From Camelus dromedarius (taxonomy: Eukaryota): a stretch of 64,000 nt of DNA. The stretch lies in NCBI RefSeq assembly GCF_036321535.1, contig NC_087437.1, positions 50,284,001-50,348,000 on the forward strand, read 5' to 3'. Below the pieces are notes generated by a model, which saw nothing but the letters and a program-made list of their open reading frames with translations, did not search any database and had not been told where the DNA came from. This document shows, piece after piece, positions 13,516 through 24,250 of this stretch. A program made the translations under genes and the position numbers. How positions within the stretch are numbered: position 1 is the first letter of the stretch; each line of letters starts with the position of its first letter.

Positions 13516-14222
13516 ATGATTGACTTTACCACTGTTACAAAGCACTTTCCTCCTTCCGCTTAGCCATGGCTTCCTAGTTCTGTCCTCCCCTGGCAATGAT
13601 GTCATACATGAAGGGCTCTCAGGTGCATCATCCCAAGTGAGTCTTGGGACATCCTTGTGACACGAACAGGAGAACCTGATACAAATGTATAAAATTCCGC
13701 ACAAATATTTGTCCAAACAAATGTTTACCTAAATCAGAGACCCAAGTATCAAACAATTCAAGTATCACATCACGTAAGAGTAAATTTGTAGAAAGGAAAG
13801 AAAAACGGTGTAGTTACAAAAACAAATTCCTTATCTCTCTAATTCTTGGAGAGTCTAGCTACTCAGTCTATACAGTGAAACCAGTCTCAAAAGGTGCAAT
13901 TCATTCAACTTAGCATAAGGTGGCGCCAAAGGGTGTTTTAATTTGTGGTTTTATGCCCTGGACAAAGTGTAACCAGGAAGTCCAAGAATACAGCAAGAAT
14001 TTACAAGTTAACTTGGGCATCCCAAGGAGCCTCAGCTGTCAGCAGCTTCCCTGAACCTCTGTGCCCAAACTTCAGAAAATGCTTCATTCTAGTTAAGACC
14101 AGGAAAGTTCTCCTATAAAAGAGTGCCTAAAAGTAACCTTCTGATGTACTGATATTAAACTGGGGCATACATGTTTGACACCTATCTGTCAGGAAGCTGT
14201 GCTGTTTTCCCTTTGTTTCTTT

Positions 14223-14403
14223 GTTGTTGTTGTTGTTGTTGTTGTTGTTTTGGGGGGTAATTAGAGTTTTTTATTTTTTTTATTTCATTGAAATATAGTA
14301 TTTTTATTTGTCTATTTTTAAACAGAGGGGCTGGGGATTGAACCCAGGACCTTGTACATACTAAGCACACAGTCTACCTACCACTCAGCTATACCCTCCC
14401 CTC
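14223..14403 (-). mobile_element. vic-1-like SINE with (CAA)n tail
   Basis: Reverse-complement A and B boxes; (TTG)9 tail; 15-bp TSD TCCCTTTGTTTCTTT at 14208-14222 and 14404-14418. Confidence 0.9.
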
Positions 14404-14693
14404 TCCCTTTGTTTCTTTTGTTTCATTTATGAAAAAAAAAAAAAGTAACAGCAACAACAAAAAGTAACACATGCACAGTGTAGGAAAACCTTCAGATTTA
14501 AGAGACTAAGAAGAAAATAATCATGCATAATACCACAACCAGAGATAATCATTAACTCGTCCCCCAAATTTCAGCCTCCCAAACTCCCTATTTCTGTCAA
14601 GTACCAGTATTTTCCAGCTGGCTAAATTCACAATATTTGAGGTATCTTATTCCCTAACAAGAACAATATGTCCACCTAGAACGTTACTGTTTT

Positions 14694-15386
14694 CTTTTTT
14701 CTTTTTTTTTTTTTTTTTACTTTTTTATTGAGTTATAGTCATTTTACAATGTTGTGTCAAATTCCAGTATAGAGCACAGTTTTTCAGTTATACATGAACG
14801 TACATACATTCATTGTCACATTCTCTTTTGCTGTGAGCCACCACAAGATCCTGTATATATTTCCCTGTGCTATACAGTACAATCTCATTTATCTATTCTA
14901 CATTTTGAAATTCCAGTCTGTCCCTTCCACCTCCCATCCCCCTGGCAACCACAAGTTTGTATTCTGTGTCTATGAGTCTAATTCTGTTTTGTATTTATGT
15001 TCTTTTTTTTTTTTTTTTAAGATTCCACATATGAGCAATCTCATATGGTATTTTTCTTTCTCTTTCTGGCTTACTTCACTTAGAATGACATTCTCCAGGG
15101 ACATCCATGTTGCTGCAAATGGTGTTATGTTGTCTTTTTATGGCTGGGTAGTATTCCATTGTTTAAGTATACCACATCTGATTTATCCAGTCATCTGTCG
15201 ATGGACATTTAGGCTGTTTCCATGTCTTGGCTATTGTAAATAGTGCTGCTATGAACACTGGAGTGCAGGTGTCATTTGGAAGTAGGGTTCCTTCTGGATA
15301 TATGCCCAGGAGCGGGGTTCCTGGGTCGTATGATAAGTCTATTCCTAGTCTTTTGAGGAATTGCCATACTGTTTTCCACAGTGGCT
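14694..15386 (-). mobile_element. Young 5'-truncated lineage-specific L1 (ORF2 C-terminus, 3' UTR, poly(A))
   Basis: Poly-T at the left end; 15-bp TSD GAACGTT(A/C)CTGTTTT at 14679-14693 and 15387-15401; TTTT/AG endonuclease-like site; highly similar to the copies at 20235 and 26715. Confidence 0.93.
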
Positions 15387-16094
15387 GAACGTTCCTGTTT
15401 TAGAAGTGTTTTAACTATGGGAGATCTGTCACACTACAAGGTGAATATACTTAGCACTACTGAACTATACTTAATATACTTATAACTTAAAAACCATTAA
15501 GATGGTAAATTTTATGTTAATGTGCTTTTTACTACAACTAATTTTTTTAATTTTAAAAAGGAAAAACAAAAAAAGTATTTAACCATTAACATTTTGATTC
15601 ATTTAGTTCAAATTCATTTAGGAAGTCCTGTCCATAGTATAGAGAGTCAATAGGAAATGAACCAATAATCAATTTCATGCTAAGGAAATAAATTTAAAAC
15701 CTGTGACTTTGGGACTCACTGGGCATATGCTCCAAGGAACACAGCATGCCTAGTGCTGTAGATAACAAGAGGGCAGGTTAGATGTAGAAGGTAAGAGTAG
15801 ACCTTCAACCTCAATTTCAACTCCTCCAATGACCTGGCCACAGGGTCTAAGCAACTCTGAACACTTCTTTAGGATGTCAGATGGTGAGCAAATACTAGAA
15901 AACCTAGGTTAGTCTTTGGCACCCACAAGAATTATTGGATGTCTGAGATGTGAGAAAATAATGAGGAAAAAAAATGAGGTAGTTGTTTTTTGTCATTCCA
16001 TCTGGATTTCAGGCTGGGGTAGAGATGGGAGTTTTGTATGATGGACTTTAACAGCAGGAAGTCATACCAAAGTGAGATTATGGAATCAGCAAAG

Positions 16095-16875
16095 CTCCAA
16101 AGGCCAACTGCCTGAGTTCAAACCCTGGCTCTGGTGCTCACTAGGTGTGTGGTGAGCTTTGCAAATTATTTCGTTTTTCTGTACCCACCATCCCCCTTTG
16201 TAAAGTGGGAATGATAAATAGTAATAGTGTTATCCAATACAAGTTTGTGTGCCCGACACACAGCGAGGCCAAACAAACCAAAACATCAGAGTTTGGAGCA
16301 GAGGAACGTTTATTGCAAGGCCAAGCAAGGAGAACAAGTGTTTAAAAGCCCCAAACTCTCCGATGGCTTTCGGGGAACAGTTTTTATAGGCAAAATTTGG
16401 GGTAGGGCTGCAGAAAGTGTGTGACTTTCTTCTGATTGGTTGGTGGTGAGGTGCTCCAGGAATTCCGTGCTCAGCCTGAAGTTACCATCCTCCACCTGGG
16501 TGGAGACCTTAGTTCCTGCAAGAACTCGAAGATATTATTCTTTATATCCCTTGAGGAGGAACCAGGACCCTGCCCCAAGGCTGCACTGTTTTTTTACTGT
16601 TCCTCCCTTGTTTCTGCATTCCCTCCCTTCCCAGATTAGCAACTGAATCTGCTGTTTGGAACTCAGGGAAGATCAAGGAGGCTGAATGAAGCCTATTTCC
16701 TACAAACAAGAAGCTGGGTGGGGGAGGACATGGAAAGGTTTATACCACTGCTTCCTGCTCTGTTTCAATAGTAGAGCTTATCTCACTGAATTGATGAGTA
16801 AATTAAGTGAATTAATATACTACAAAGTTTTTAGTATGACACGACATACAGAAAGCACCCGATAATTGGTAGCTA
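16095..16875 (+). mobile_element. MIR split by an LTR insertion (about 16095-16227 and 16772-16875)
   Basis: MIR 5' half (CTGCCTGAGTTCAAACCCTGGCTCTG...TGTAAAGTGGGAATGATA) resumes after the LTR. Confidence 0.75.
16228..16767 (-). mobile_element. ERV1-class solo LTR (540 bp)
   Basis: TG...CA ends, perfect 4-bp TSD ATAG (16224-16227, 16768-16771); minus-strand CCAAT, TATAAAAA and AATAAA in LTR order. Confidence 0.88.
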
Positions 16876-16988
16876 TTAGTATAGATTTTGGGAGGCCTTG
16901 AAAATCATCTGACAAGTTTGAGTGGTCAGTAGCAAGGATGTACACTCAGGAAGGTAGGACAAAGACAAAAACATAAGAGAAGACAACG

Positions 16989-17587
16989 TGTTGACATAGA
17001 GACAGAAGAAATAGAGACTCGCAGTAAACTGGACTTGAGGTTTCAAGGGTTTTGCAGTACCGACTGGTGCCTGCCAAGGCCCCGTGGCCCCCAAACTTAC
17101 AGCCCTGCTCCTCTTCGGAAGATAAACTCCTGACAGGTGTTTGCCTTAGGAAACAGCCCTGGGAAATGGCTAGTCTCACAGTAGCTCAGGCTGACTTGTC
17201 ACAGCCCACATCTCCCCCTAATCGGAGTCATAAATTCCGCTACCTTGCTGTGTCAGCTCACGTCTCCATCTTACTGGAGTCATAAACCCACTACCCTCCC
17301 GTGTACCAAAGCCCCTTACCTCACTTTTGGCCAACCAAAACTCTGTTCCCCTAGCCCTTTGTGTTCACGGCCCCTTCCTCAATAAAAGACCCTGCACATT
17401 CACACTCAGTGGACACACAGGCACGTCTTGCCTGTGTGGCCTGCTGTTGCCTGCAGCAACATACCTATTAAACTTTTCCTTTGTTCTTAAACTTCTCCCT
17501 GCCTTTGGTAAATTCTTTTTACCAACCCATGACACCTGCTGCCAACTGTCCCCTAGTAGGTTTGGCCTGCAGGGTACAATAGGGAAT
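16989..17587 (+). mobile_element. ERV solo LTR (ends approximate)
   Basis: AATAAAA TATA-like motif at 17381, ATTAAA near 17467, U5-like GGTAAATTCTTTTTACC, internal repeat GGAGTCATAAA twice; AACGTGT on both flanks. Confidence 0.62.
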
Positions 17588-17996
17588 AACGTGTGAGAAA
17601 TTAATTTGTTATCATAAAGAACAAATGTCAGAGGGTTTAGAAGTGGAAAGAGCACCTTAACAGGAGCTGGGGGACTGACTTGGCCTGGCTGTGACTTCAC
17701 GGTCAGGACTTCAGTGAGTCACTAAGTCACACCTCCCAACCACTACGTATTCCTCTGTTGTCAATTTGGAGAGTATCTTCACTGCTTCCTTTACAGGTTG
17801 TTGGGAGAAGAAAGCTGTATGGTATGCATGAAAATACTTTTAAAACAATGAATTTCCAGATGGATATTACTATTTTGTTAGGAAGGATAAAATGCCTCAA
17901 AGGTGAATTTTACCAACTGGAAAATTTCGACACTCCACCCCAAGACTTTAAGATAATTAAATCAAATTAGAAGTTATGGAATAAAAGTATTTAGAA

Positions 17997-18461
17997 GACT
18001 GAAATAAAATTCATATTTTATGTAAAGACAAGAAAAACTTAAACATAGAAAATTCTTCTCTGCCCTGTGGGCTCTTCTCCCCTCACTGTGCATTGTTTAT
18101 CTGCATTGTGCATTGACCAGACCCCCTCATCGGCAGGAATACCTGCTCAAGCATCAAAAGCAGCATTCTCCTAGCATCAACAAGACAACTCCTTAAAAGA
18201 TGACATTCCTTCTTGATCTTGCAAGGGGTCACATGACCCACCAGGATGTCGCTTAGATCTGGATTATGTAAACTGTCAACAGTATGTCATTTGATGTACA
18301 GCCCTCTGTCTCAAAAAAGTACAACTGTGCCTTGATTTCTAATCAGCAGAATAATTTTCAGAGCTTTCTGAAATGCCCTTCCCAGGTTATAATCCTCAAG
18401 TTTGGCTTGTATAAAATTTTCCATTTCTTTCTTAGATCGACTGATTAATTTTTAATCGACA
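17997..18461 (+). mobile_element. ERV1 solo LTR, MER34-like
   Basis: 3' end CTGATTAATTTTTAATCGACA and CAGAGCTTTCTGA..CCCAGGTTATAATCCTCAAGTTTGGC are typical of the MER34 group; AGAA on both sides; 5' end uncertain. Confidence 0.65.
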
Positions 18462-18899
18462 AGAATAAAGCTGGGGTTAAAACATTTGATAGTTATCTAC
18501 ATGGAATTAAATGAAGGCTTTAAAATGTGCTATGAAAATGACATAACCAAAAGGATTCAATAGAAAACTACAATGTATAAATGTACTAATCAAAACATTA
18601 AAAGAGCTAAATTTCTCTTTCAAAATTAGAAAGATCCCAGAATGGATTTTTTAATTTCATCATTTGTTGCCCTTAAGAGACATGATTAAAAACAAATTGA
18701 ACCACTCAAAGTAAAGGCTGATTTCTGGTTAAATAAATAGACTGATCACATACATTTATCTCCTTGCCAATTCAAGTCCTCACTACAATGTCAGTAAGTG
18801 AAAAGGAAGACATAAATATCTTAACAAAGATTCTAGGAGAGGAGATATGAGTAGAGGAGGTTAACAAAATTTTACAACACAAAAAGTAGATTGTGTTAG

Positions 18900-19667
18900 T
18901 GTCACCAAACCGAACTTGAGTCAGCTCACCAGCTGTGCAGCAAAGCCAGTTTACTGACCCGGCTTGCGGTGAAGGGAAGTACGGCGTTTATCGCAGGGCC
19001 CAGCAGAGTACAGGCAGCTGATGCTCAAAAGACCCAAACTCCTTGTTGGTTTTCAGGGAGAAGTGATTTTAAAGGCAACATTTGAGGGTGAGGGATGCAG
19101 GATTGATGACTTTCTTCTGATTGGTAGATGGTGAGGTAACAGGGTGATGTTTTAGGAATCTCAGTCACCAACCTTCTGATTCCTCAGGTCTAGTGCTTGT
19201 GTTCAGCTTGTATCACCATCTTCCACCGGGGTGGAGGTCTTAGTTCCTGAAGAACAACTCAAAGATATCTGTCAGATTATTATGTATATGCCTTGAGGAG
19301 GAACTTTGACTCTGCTTTGTCTGCCCTATTTAACAATTATTATTACTTTTCTTGTTTCACTGCTTTTGCTTTGTTTCTGCAATCCCTCCCTTCCCTAATT
19401 AGTAACTGCTTGTGCCTGCTCTTTGGAACTCAGGGAAGGCCTGGGAGACTAAAGCCTTTCTTCTACAAACAGAAAACGGGGACACGGAGGGGCTTTTGTA
19501 CCTGGGATGACCCTGCAGGGTCCTGCTTGGTTTCAATCCCCCTTTTGTTTGCTACTCTTCAATCTTGAGGGGAACAGGTACAGGACAAGGAAGGAAATAA
19601 AGTTTTGGATAGAGAGGTTAATCATAAATTCGGCAGGGGAACTCAGTTTTAGGAGGACTCAGTTTCA
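18900..19667 (-). mobile_element. ERV1-class solo LTR related to 16228-16767, with a 132-bp U3-side extension
   Basis: TG...CA ends with 4-bp TSD TTAG (18896-18899, 19668-19671); shares blocks with the 16228 LTR (CTGATTGG, GGAACTCAGGGAAG, CTACAAACA, CCTGCT..GTTTCA). Confidence 0.85.
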
Positions 19668-20234
19668 TTAGCAAAAGGGAGAGAGCTGTGGAAACTGTCT
19701 GTAGGCAGGGATCCCAAGGAGAACAAACCAAAGTGCCTGGCAGAACCAATCAGAAGCTTAGGATTTGGAGGCAACAGGAGCCACAGAAGGTGGGAGGTGC
19801 TACGAAGGTCTGAAAACAGAATTGGTTGAAAGTCCATTCATGGAGCATTGGACCCCTCCTCAGTCCATATGGTGGTGATTTGAAGTGTTTGTAGGTGGTA
19901 GGGAGGAGAGAGAGGAGGGGGACACCTGCCTGGGCAAGAAGCATTTATGTTCATGTTGTTTCTAAAACACAGAGGGACCTGTGCATTGAGGGGAGTGGAC
20001 TCAGGATTGAATGTCAACACTGCCAATCATGCCTTCCCAAAGGGAGGTGAGAAGGAGGAAGAGCTCCCTTCTCTGAAGCAGGTCCTTAAAGGGTACCCAG
20101 CCCTGTGAGTGCAGTCCTCTCCCCACCTAGACCCCAAAACTGAGGAGTAAAAAACTTTTCAAACATTCAGAAGAAGGAGGAGGAGGAGGAGGAAAAAAAC
20201 GGTCTCACAAGTAGAGGGTTGAAAACAGCACAAT

Positions 20235-21849
20235 TTTTTTTTTATTGAGTTATAGTCAGTTTACAATGTTGTGTCAATTTCCAGTGTAGAGCACAATTTT
20301 TCAGTTATACATGAACATGCATATATTCATTGTCGCATTCTTTTTCGCTGTGAGCCACCACAAGATCTTATATATATTTCCCTGTGCTATACAGTATAAT
20401 CTTGTTTATCTATTCTACATATGCCTGTCAGTATCTACAAATTTCAAACTCCCAGTCTGTCCCTTCCCACTACCCTCCCCTCTGGCAACCGCAAATTTGT
20501 ATTCTATGTCTATGAGTCCGTTTCTCTGCTGTATTTGTGTTCTTTTTTTTTTTTTTTTTTTTTTTAGATTCCACATATGAGCCATCTCATATGGTATTTT
20601 TCTTTCTCTTTCTGGCTTACTTCACTTAGAATGACATTCTCCAGGAACGTCCATGTTGCTGCAGATGGCATTATGTTGTCATTTTTTTATGGCTGAATAT
20701 TTTGTGTAAATACACCACATCTTCTTTATCCAGTTATCTGTCGATGGACATTTAGGCTGTTTCCATGTCTTGGCTATTGTAAATAGTGCTGCTATGAACA
20801 CTGGGGTGCAGATATCTTTTTGAAGTAGGGCTCCTTCTGGATATATACCCAGGAGCGGGATTCCTGGGTCATATGGTAAGTCTATTCCTAGTCTTTTAAG
20901 GAATCTCCATACTGTTTTCCACAGTGGCTGCACCAAACTGCATTCCCACCAGCAATGCAGGAGGGTTCCCTTTTCTCCACAGCCTCTCCAGCATTTGTCA
21001 TGTGTGGACTTTTGAATGATGGCCATTCTGGCTGGTGTGAGGTGATACCTCATTGTAGTTTTGACTTGCATTTCTCTGATAATTAGTGATATTAAGCATT
21101 TTTTCATGTGCCTATTGATCACTTGTATTTCTTCCTTGGAGAATTGCTTGTTTAGGTCTTCAGCCCATTTCTGGATTGGGTTGTTTATTTTTTATTATTA
21201 AGTGATATGAGCTGTTTATATATTCTGGAGATCAAGCCTTTGTTGGTTTCATCTTTTGCAAAAATTTTCTCCCATTCCATAAGTTGTCATTTTGTTTTGC
21301 TTATGGAAGCTTATAAGTTTCATTAGGTCCCATTTGTTTATTCTTGCTTTTATTTCTATTGCTTGGGTAGACTGTCCCTAGGAGAACATTTTTGAGATGT
21401 ATGTCAGATAATGTTTTGCCTATATTTTCTTCTAGGAGGTTTATTGTATCTTGTCTTATGTTTAAGTCTTTGATCCATTTTGAGTTAATTTTTGTGTATG
21501 GTGTAAGGGAATGTTCTAGCTTCATTGATTTACATGCTGCTGTCCAGTTTTCCCAACACCATTTGCTGAAGAGACTGTCTTTATTCCATTGTATATTCTT
21601 GACTCCTTTGTCAAAGATTAGTTGACCAAAAGTTTCTGGGTTCATTTCTGGGCTCTCTATTCTGTTCCATTGGTCCATATGTCTGTTTTTGTACCAATAC
21701 CATGCTGTTTTGATTACTGTAGCTCTATAGTACTGTCTGAAGTCTGGGAAAGTTATTCCTCCAGCCTCTCTCTTTATCTTCAGTCATGCTTTGGCAATTC
21801 TAGGTCTTTTGTGGTTCCATATAAATTTTATTATGATTTGTTCTAGTTC
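20235..21849 (-). mobile_element. Young 5'-truncated L1 (about 1.6 kb), ORF2 C-terminal part with frameshifts
   Basis: ORFs 21301-21678 ([29 protein letters not shown]) and 20679-21122 ([18 protein letters not shown], the L1 Cys-rich domain); 13-bp TSD AAAACAGCACAAT at 20222-20234 and 21851-21863. Confidence 0.95.
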
Positions 21850-21888
21850 AAAAACAGCACAATCATTGCAGGACAAGGGGGCATGAGA

Positions 21889-22407
21889 TAATGGTCCCAT
21901 CCCAGGTCTCAGGTGGGTCTCTGAGTTGAGTGGGACTCCAAGTGAAGGTCCTTGGCTTCGTGCAGGAAAGTATTCAAGAGCAAACCACAGTAAAGTAAAG
22001 CAAGTTTATTTAGAGATATACACACTCCATAGGTAGAATACAGTCCATCTCAAAAGGAGAGAGCTGCCCTGGGTATGGGGTTGTTAGTTTTTATGGGCTG
22101 GGTAATTTCATAGGCTAATGAGTGGGAGGAATTTTCTAATCATTTTGGGGAAGAGCCAGGGATTTCCAGGAATTGGGCCCCTGCCCACTTTTTGGCCTTT
22201 TATGGTCAGCCTGGGAACTGTTGTTCACCTATGGGTGTGTTATTTAGCATTCTAATGTATTACAATGAGCGGATAATGAGGATCAAGGTCTGCTGGAAGT
22301 CGAATCTTCTGCCATCTTGGGCTTAGCTGGTTCTAATTGTTGTCATATCCTCAGTGGCAGTGTCATTCTTTTAATGGTTATGCCCTGCCCCCTTCCTTCC
22401 TGTCTCA
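21889..22407 (-). mobile_element. ERV1 solo LTR (MER4/MER41-group-like)
   Basis: CTTGGCTTCGTGCAGGAAAG..AAAGCAAGTTTATT near the left end, GCCATCTTG inside, CCTGTCTCA terminus. Confidence 0.72.
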
Positions 22408-24079
22408 TAGATTCAGTGAACCCTTGAATGCAAATAACCCTTGGCCTAATTCAGGAAGCACAGGAACCAGCATTTGTTGTGTGCTTACTATGCGCGAGGC
22501 ACTGTGCTTGGTGCCTTACTTACGTAATTTCACTTATAGCAAGCACATTATGCAAGTGTAGAAACGTAGTGTGCAAGTGGGGCCTAACTAGGTTAAATGT
22601 TAGTTTACTTTCTCAAAAGCATGAAGTTAATAAGAGGCAGACTCTGGAGTCATACTGTGGTGTGTCTGACTCCTAAACCATTGTTTTCCCAGTGTAGTCC
22701 TCCATCTAAGGGAAGGAGAGACAGAAAGCGTCTGACCATGGCCACGACTCAGTGGTTTGTTTTGGGTTTCCTTAATTACCAGCAGCAGATTATTCCTTTG
22801 TCTTAGTCAGTCCTGGCCACCAAACCAATGGCTAAATAATAAGTAAATAGCACACAATTGAGAAATTGCTCAGCAAATAAAAATCTAATATTATTCTGCT
22901 TTGTACACCTAACCAATTGCCTTTTGGGGCTGTGATCTCCAGTACTTTTTGATTACTCATCCTAGTCAATAAAAAATTATTGAGCACACACCCTCAATAA
23001 ATGTATGTTTACTTTTGTAAACTATATACAGGCACTATTCTTAGAAAAAAAACCCAAAAAAGTAACATTTATGAAATACTTTAGCAGTTAGAAGTCTAAT
23101 ATTTTCTTTCCACGTTTGAGTATGTCAGCTTGCATCACTGCTGAATAAACTGTCCACCCGGAAGACCACTCTCATGTGCAGTTACTGTTGAGACACAGAC
23201 CTGCTGCTCCAGACCCAGACTCGCTCGTTGACATCTGAGAAAGCACCAGCAATGGTTAGAAATGCCTATAATGAAAGATTATTGCTTCTGTAGCCTAACA
23301 TTCAGGTGACTATAGCATCATCCACGTGGCCAGACAGAACCCTCCCAGATCCCTTTATGTTCAAGTGGCACTCTGGTTCCCAGGGAACATTTGCTTAGCT
23401 CTTCCCTAAGTGTCCTGGTTCTGACAGCTAATGTGTTCAGAAATGGTCCTGAACTAAAGAGTATACCATAGAAACTCAGACTTCTGCTTACACTTTGGTT
23501 ATAAAGGACTTACCTGAATTTGGGGTGGGATGCCCTGAATTTCCTGGAAGTCATTCCATCAAAAGAGCATCCAACTCTCTACCCCATGAAGTCTAATTTA
23601 TGTTTTCTATCAGAAACAAATACCTCTGGGTTTGTCTGTACCATGGGATGTTTAAAGCCCTCCTCCCTGAATGGGGAGGCTCTTTGTAATGTCTTTGTAA
23701 GTTAACCCTTCTGCATGCCTTGTCTGAGCTGAGGAGAGGGGCTGGCCTGGCAGGGTGGCCTCACTGACAGGGATTTCTTTCTCCTGGGCCACAGATGGGT
23801 CAGAATGAACTCAATGTACAGGGCAAAGCAGCCTGTGCAGTGTGTGTGGCCTTGGGGATGAGAGAATCAGGGAAGAAAAGGGTGATTATCCAGAGAGGAC
23901 TGTTCAAAGAGGTAAGCAGACAAAGAGGAGGGTCTGCAGTAAATATCACAAGTCAGGGTTCAAATCCAAGCTTAAAGAACCTGTGAATCCCAGTAGGGCT
24001 GAAACTGTGTGGGCCATCTTGGCCAAGTGCCTGAGGGGAGACGTGGGGGAAAGAAGCCCAACTCCAAGGTGAAATGCCC

Positions 24080-24250
24080 TGGCTGGCAAACTTTACTGGA
24101 TCCAGGATCACCTGAGTACTTGTCAAAAATGAGAATCACATTCAGTAGACTTTGGAGGAGAAGAAGGCATGGAGACTATGAATCTGCTTTTTTAACAAAC
24201 ACCCCAAGGGATTCTGATGCTGGTGTTGCATGGACCACATTGTAAGAAGC
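24080..24250 (+). mobile_element. MER5-like DNA transposon relic
   Basis: GGATCACCTG..GAATCTGCTTTTTTAACAAACACCCCAAGGGATTCTGATGC motif. Confidence 0.6.

Noticed and set aside
14182..14370. PolyQ-containing ORF
   Set aside because: Translation of a SINE and its (CAA)n tail.
14794..15243. Hydrophobic 149-aa ORF (similar ones at 20311 and 26991)
   Set aside because: Antisense reading of T-rich L1 3' sequence, repeated simply because the L1 copies are related.
20679..21678. 125-aa and 147-aa ORFs as a functional gene
   Set aside because: Frameshifted pieces of L1 ORF2 in a 5'-truncated copy lacking promoter, ORF1, endonuclease and RT core.
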